Assembly (NCBI GenBank): GCA_900316755.1
Contig: ONED01000004.1
Span: 713-64,712 of the forward strand
Reading direction: 5' to 3'
DNA length: 64,000 bases
Source: an uncultured Eubacteriales bacterium
GTDB taxonomy: Bacteria; Bacillota; Clostridia; Lachnospirales; Lachnospiraceae
Below the pieces are notes generated by a model. That model was given only the letters and a program-made list of their open reading frames with translations, was not told the origin of the DNA and made no database searches. Positions 61,506-64,000 of this stretch are shown here, piece after piece. The position numbers were made by a program, and so were the translations under genes. The first letter of the stretch is position 1, and every line of letters begins with the position of its first letter.

Positions 61506-63459
61506 ACTGATTCCTCCTTCTCATTATGCAGAAAAATAAGCATTTGCTTTACTATTATACAGATACAACGCTCTGACGACATTTTTTAATTCTTCTGCCT
61601 TATCCCCGGTATAGCCCTTCAAGACATTGTAACAATAGGTCATCGGGCTATAAGTTACTTCTAAAGAATTTTCTCCGTATTTGACTGTAACCTTATAATC
61701 TGTATCCAAATTCTTTGCATCAATATCCTGAATAGTCACATAATAGTATATTCCACTCTTCACCGGCTTCAAATCTTCACTTCCATTTGAGAACGTATAA
61801 AGCGACACATCAGCCCCAGCTGGTAGTGTGAAATACAACTTCAGGGTAGTCTCTGACTCCAGAATCAGACTGGCACCTGCTAATCCGGCAAACTCATTTG
61901 ATGGTGCAGACTTCGCAAAACGTTCAAGATCTGTTTCTGTTACACCAGAAACATCCGTATCGACCAAACCATCGTTTGCAAGAGCCTCTGTATTGTATCC
62001 AAAATAGGTCTGTGCATATGCACCGTAATTCAACATCGCTTTTACCAGAGGAATCGCTTTTCCGTATGTAGCTTCATCATTCAAAATCGAGTCTGCATAA
62101 TCCTTCACACTATAAGTATATTCCTTGCTGACTGCATCTCCCGCAACAACCTGCGCCTTAATCTCCTTTGTCATTTCCTTTGCAGCAACCTCACAGGTAT
62201 ATTGATATCCTTTATCCGTAGAAACACCTGTCACCTGCTGAGTACTTCCATCCGGAAGTGTAAAGTTCATCACTGCCTCTTCAGGATTAATTGCTGCACC
62301 CAGATTCATATAAAAGTTTACACCAATGTTTCCATCCAGAGTGATATTGTGTCCTGCAGGCTCTGCCACATTCAATGTCCAGATTTGAATATCTGACGCT
62401 GTTACCTCAGAAGCAAAACTCCATGGTATATCCGGATTCGTACTACTGTTTGCTGTACTATATGTTCTTTCTATAGCTTTCTCACCATCTACCCATATCT
62501 TAAATCCAACCGTGTCTGAATATATCGTAATCTTTACTCCGGTTGCCAACTTAGCAAACAATTTCTGGTCACTCACCCATGTATTTTCTGTTGTACCATC
62601 GAAACTATAACCTACTTTCTCAATATGAATTAGTGAACCAACTCGTGTCCCAATATTGACATAATTATCGGTTTTAACCCGCATCGTCATATAATATGCT
62701 GCATTACTCGGAAGTTCCGTTGTCACTCCAGCACCTTTTTGAGCAGGTACTTTGAGTTCTCCATCTGCATATGTACAACCTTCTGCCACACTTGTGATAT
62801 TATATTGCTTATCTTTGGTTTCATCATAAACAGGCTCGTCATTTGCATCTTTTGTCTTCCAAAATGCAATATCCGTTATCGTTGCATCAGCAGTTGCTGC
62901 CCAAGTCACCCATGGTACACCAACCTGTCCAGTCGTTGCCATCGCAGCATCGTCTGCCAGTTTTTCTCCGTTTATCCAAATCGTCGTCTTATCCGGTTCA
63001 CTTCGAAAAGTAACCTTAATACCGTCATCACTTAGACCCCTGTCTCCCTGTGGCCACATATTCTGAACTAATCCGTAAAACCCACATTGTTTCTGGTCTA
63101 ATAACATTCGTCCTGCTGTATCGTCTGCAGTCCCCCTATATCTAAACCAGATTGAACCTGTTGTCACTACTTTAAATGTCCCAAAATATGTTGTGTCTCC
63201 CGGGATTGTAACGCCCCAACTCTGTCCGGCAGTCCCAGCTGAAACTATTTCACTAGTTGACATATATTTTAAGGTATCTGTTTCTGCGTTATAAACCGGC
63301 TCATCTGATACGGGCGGTTCTTCAGCACCATCTTTTGCTGTCCAAACCTTGATGTCGGACATAGTTGTATCTGCTACTGCCCAACTCACCTGTGGTTTCC
63401 CTGCCTTTTCAGCTGCACTAGTTGTTAATGAGATGTTTTCTTCTACCTTTTCACCATTA

Positions 63460-63495
63460 ATCCATAATGTAGTTTTCATCCATAATGTAGTTTTC
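63460..63495. repeat. Exact 18-bp tandem duplication, in frame
   Basis: atccataatgtagttttc x2; protein KTTLWM-KTTLWI. Confidence 0.95.
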
Positions 63496-63746
63496 GTTGA
63501 TTCACTACAAAGGGTGACCTTTACGCCATCTGCACCATTCAAACCAGTATTGATACTCCCCCACAATTGATTATTGTCAGCATCTGCTACACCAAGTAAG
63601 CCGTATCCATTCGTTTTTATGACTAGTCGTCCTTCTGATCCTTTGTAATTAAAATAAAATGTATCAGTTGACTTTGCCGTGAAGCTTACATAATATGTCT
63701 GGTCTGCAGCAATTGAATCATACCATACATTACCAGCGCTTTCGGC

Positions 63747-63778
63747 TGAAATCGTTTCGCTATGAAATCGTTTCGCTA
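63747..63778. repeat. Exact 16-bp tandem duplication, frameshifting
   Basis: tgaaatcgtttcgcta x2. Confidence 0.95.
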
Positions 63779-64000
63779 GCATTTTCGTACTTGAGTATGC
63801 ATGTACTTGCAGCATAGCTTGGCTCTTCTCCTTCTGCTTCCGCCACCCCGGTGTACTGCATGAAGGAACTTCCGACAAGTACTGCCGCGAGTAACAAACC
63901 ACATAGTCTTTTCCATTTTTTTAGTTTCATCTCATTTTCCTCCTCGTTTTTTACTATCTTAAGACTTTATATAAATACTATACAGCTTTCTTTTTTTGTT

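Larger units (their letters stand above)
61524..63930 (-). pseudogene. Exported protein (three beta-sandwich modules plus conserved C-terminal domain), frameshifted by a 16-bp duplication
   Basis: True start ATG 63930 after GAGGAGG gives signal peptide MKLKKWKRLCGLLLAAVLVGSSFMQYTGVAEA (paralogous to the 59646 gene) and stops at ...ENASETIS*. Removing one copy of 63747-63778 fuses it in frame with the long ORF. Confidence 0.85.
24473..64000. other. Accessory region (possible genomic island) downstream of ssrA, open at the right end
   Basis: Abrupt switch from housekeeping genes to a TA pair and a glycan locus right after tmRNA; visibly more AT-rich at the left edge. No integrase or att repeat seen in the window. 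Confidence 0.55.

Noticed and set aside
61354-61539. 61-aa plus-strand ORF (also 25175-25471 +)
   Set aside because: Antisense to the RBS-supported minus-strand peptide genes.
63779-63902. ORF-track N-terminus MVCYSRQY... of the 792-aa ORF
   Set aside because: Out-of-frame read-through upstream of the 16-bp duplication; the real start is ATG 63930 in another frame.
24433-64000. Integrase, transposase, att duplication or prophage genes for the accessory region
   Set aside because: None found in the window, so no mobile_element feature is called.

Overview
Window from a spore-forming Firmicute, probably Lachnospiraceae/Clostridia (inferred from gene content, a SASP gene and the tmRNA). Positions 1-24.0 kb are ordinary core genome, all on the minus strand: pyrD-pyrK-pyrF, ctpA-like protease, EnvC-like M23 peptidase, ftsX, ftsE, CdaR/PucR regulator, degenerate TagA-like gene, SASP, addA, addB, hflX, TPR lipoprotein, ArsR regulator with a heavy-metal P-type ATPase, ung, hisF, hisH and a two-component system. 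tmRNA (ssrA) lies at 24091-24432 (+). Directly after it begins an accessory region running past the window end: an AT-rich MNT-HEPN toxin-antitoxin pair, then a ~38.6-kb glycan-foraging locus. The locus encodes two giant exported MalZ-like GH13 paralogues with the same NH->SY change in conserved region I, a GH106-like enzyme, a two-SBP/four-permease ABC system with NHL-YIP1 and DUF5696-like partners, an AraC regulator, and five exported proteins carrying about 19 copies of one ~150-170 aa beta-sandwich-like module. The most unusual observation: two exported proteins share a C-terminal domain (LVKxMLNYGAYAQxYF), and each is followed immediately by a tiny unannotated peptide gene (YxxPxM...IIRTSGE...LP(F/L)V). 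The ELPFVP motif of one peptide also ends an adjacent membrane-anchored linker protein, suggesting an undescribed peptide-based docking, assembly or signalling system. The region also has four exact tandem micro-duplications (16, 18, 21, 66 bp), one of which frameshifts a gene, and two operon promoters that share a conserved activator-like architecture. Family names come from motif recognition only; no database searches were run.
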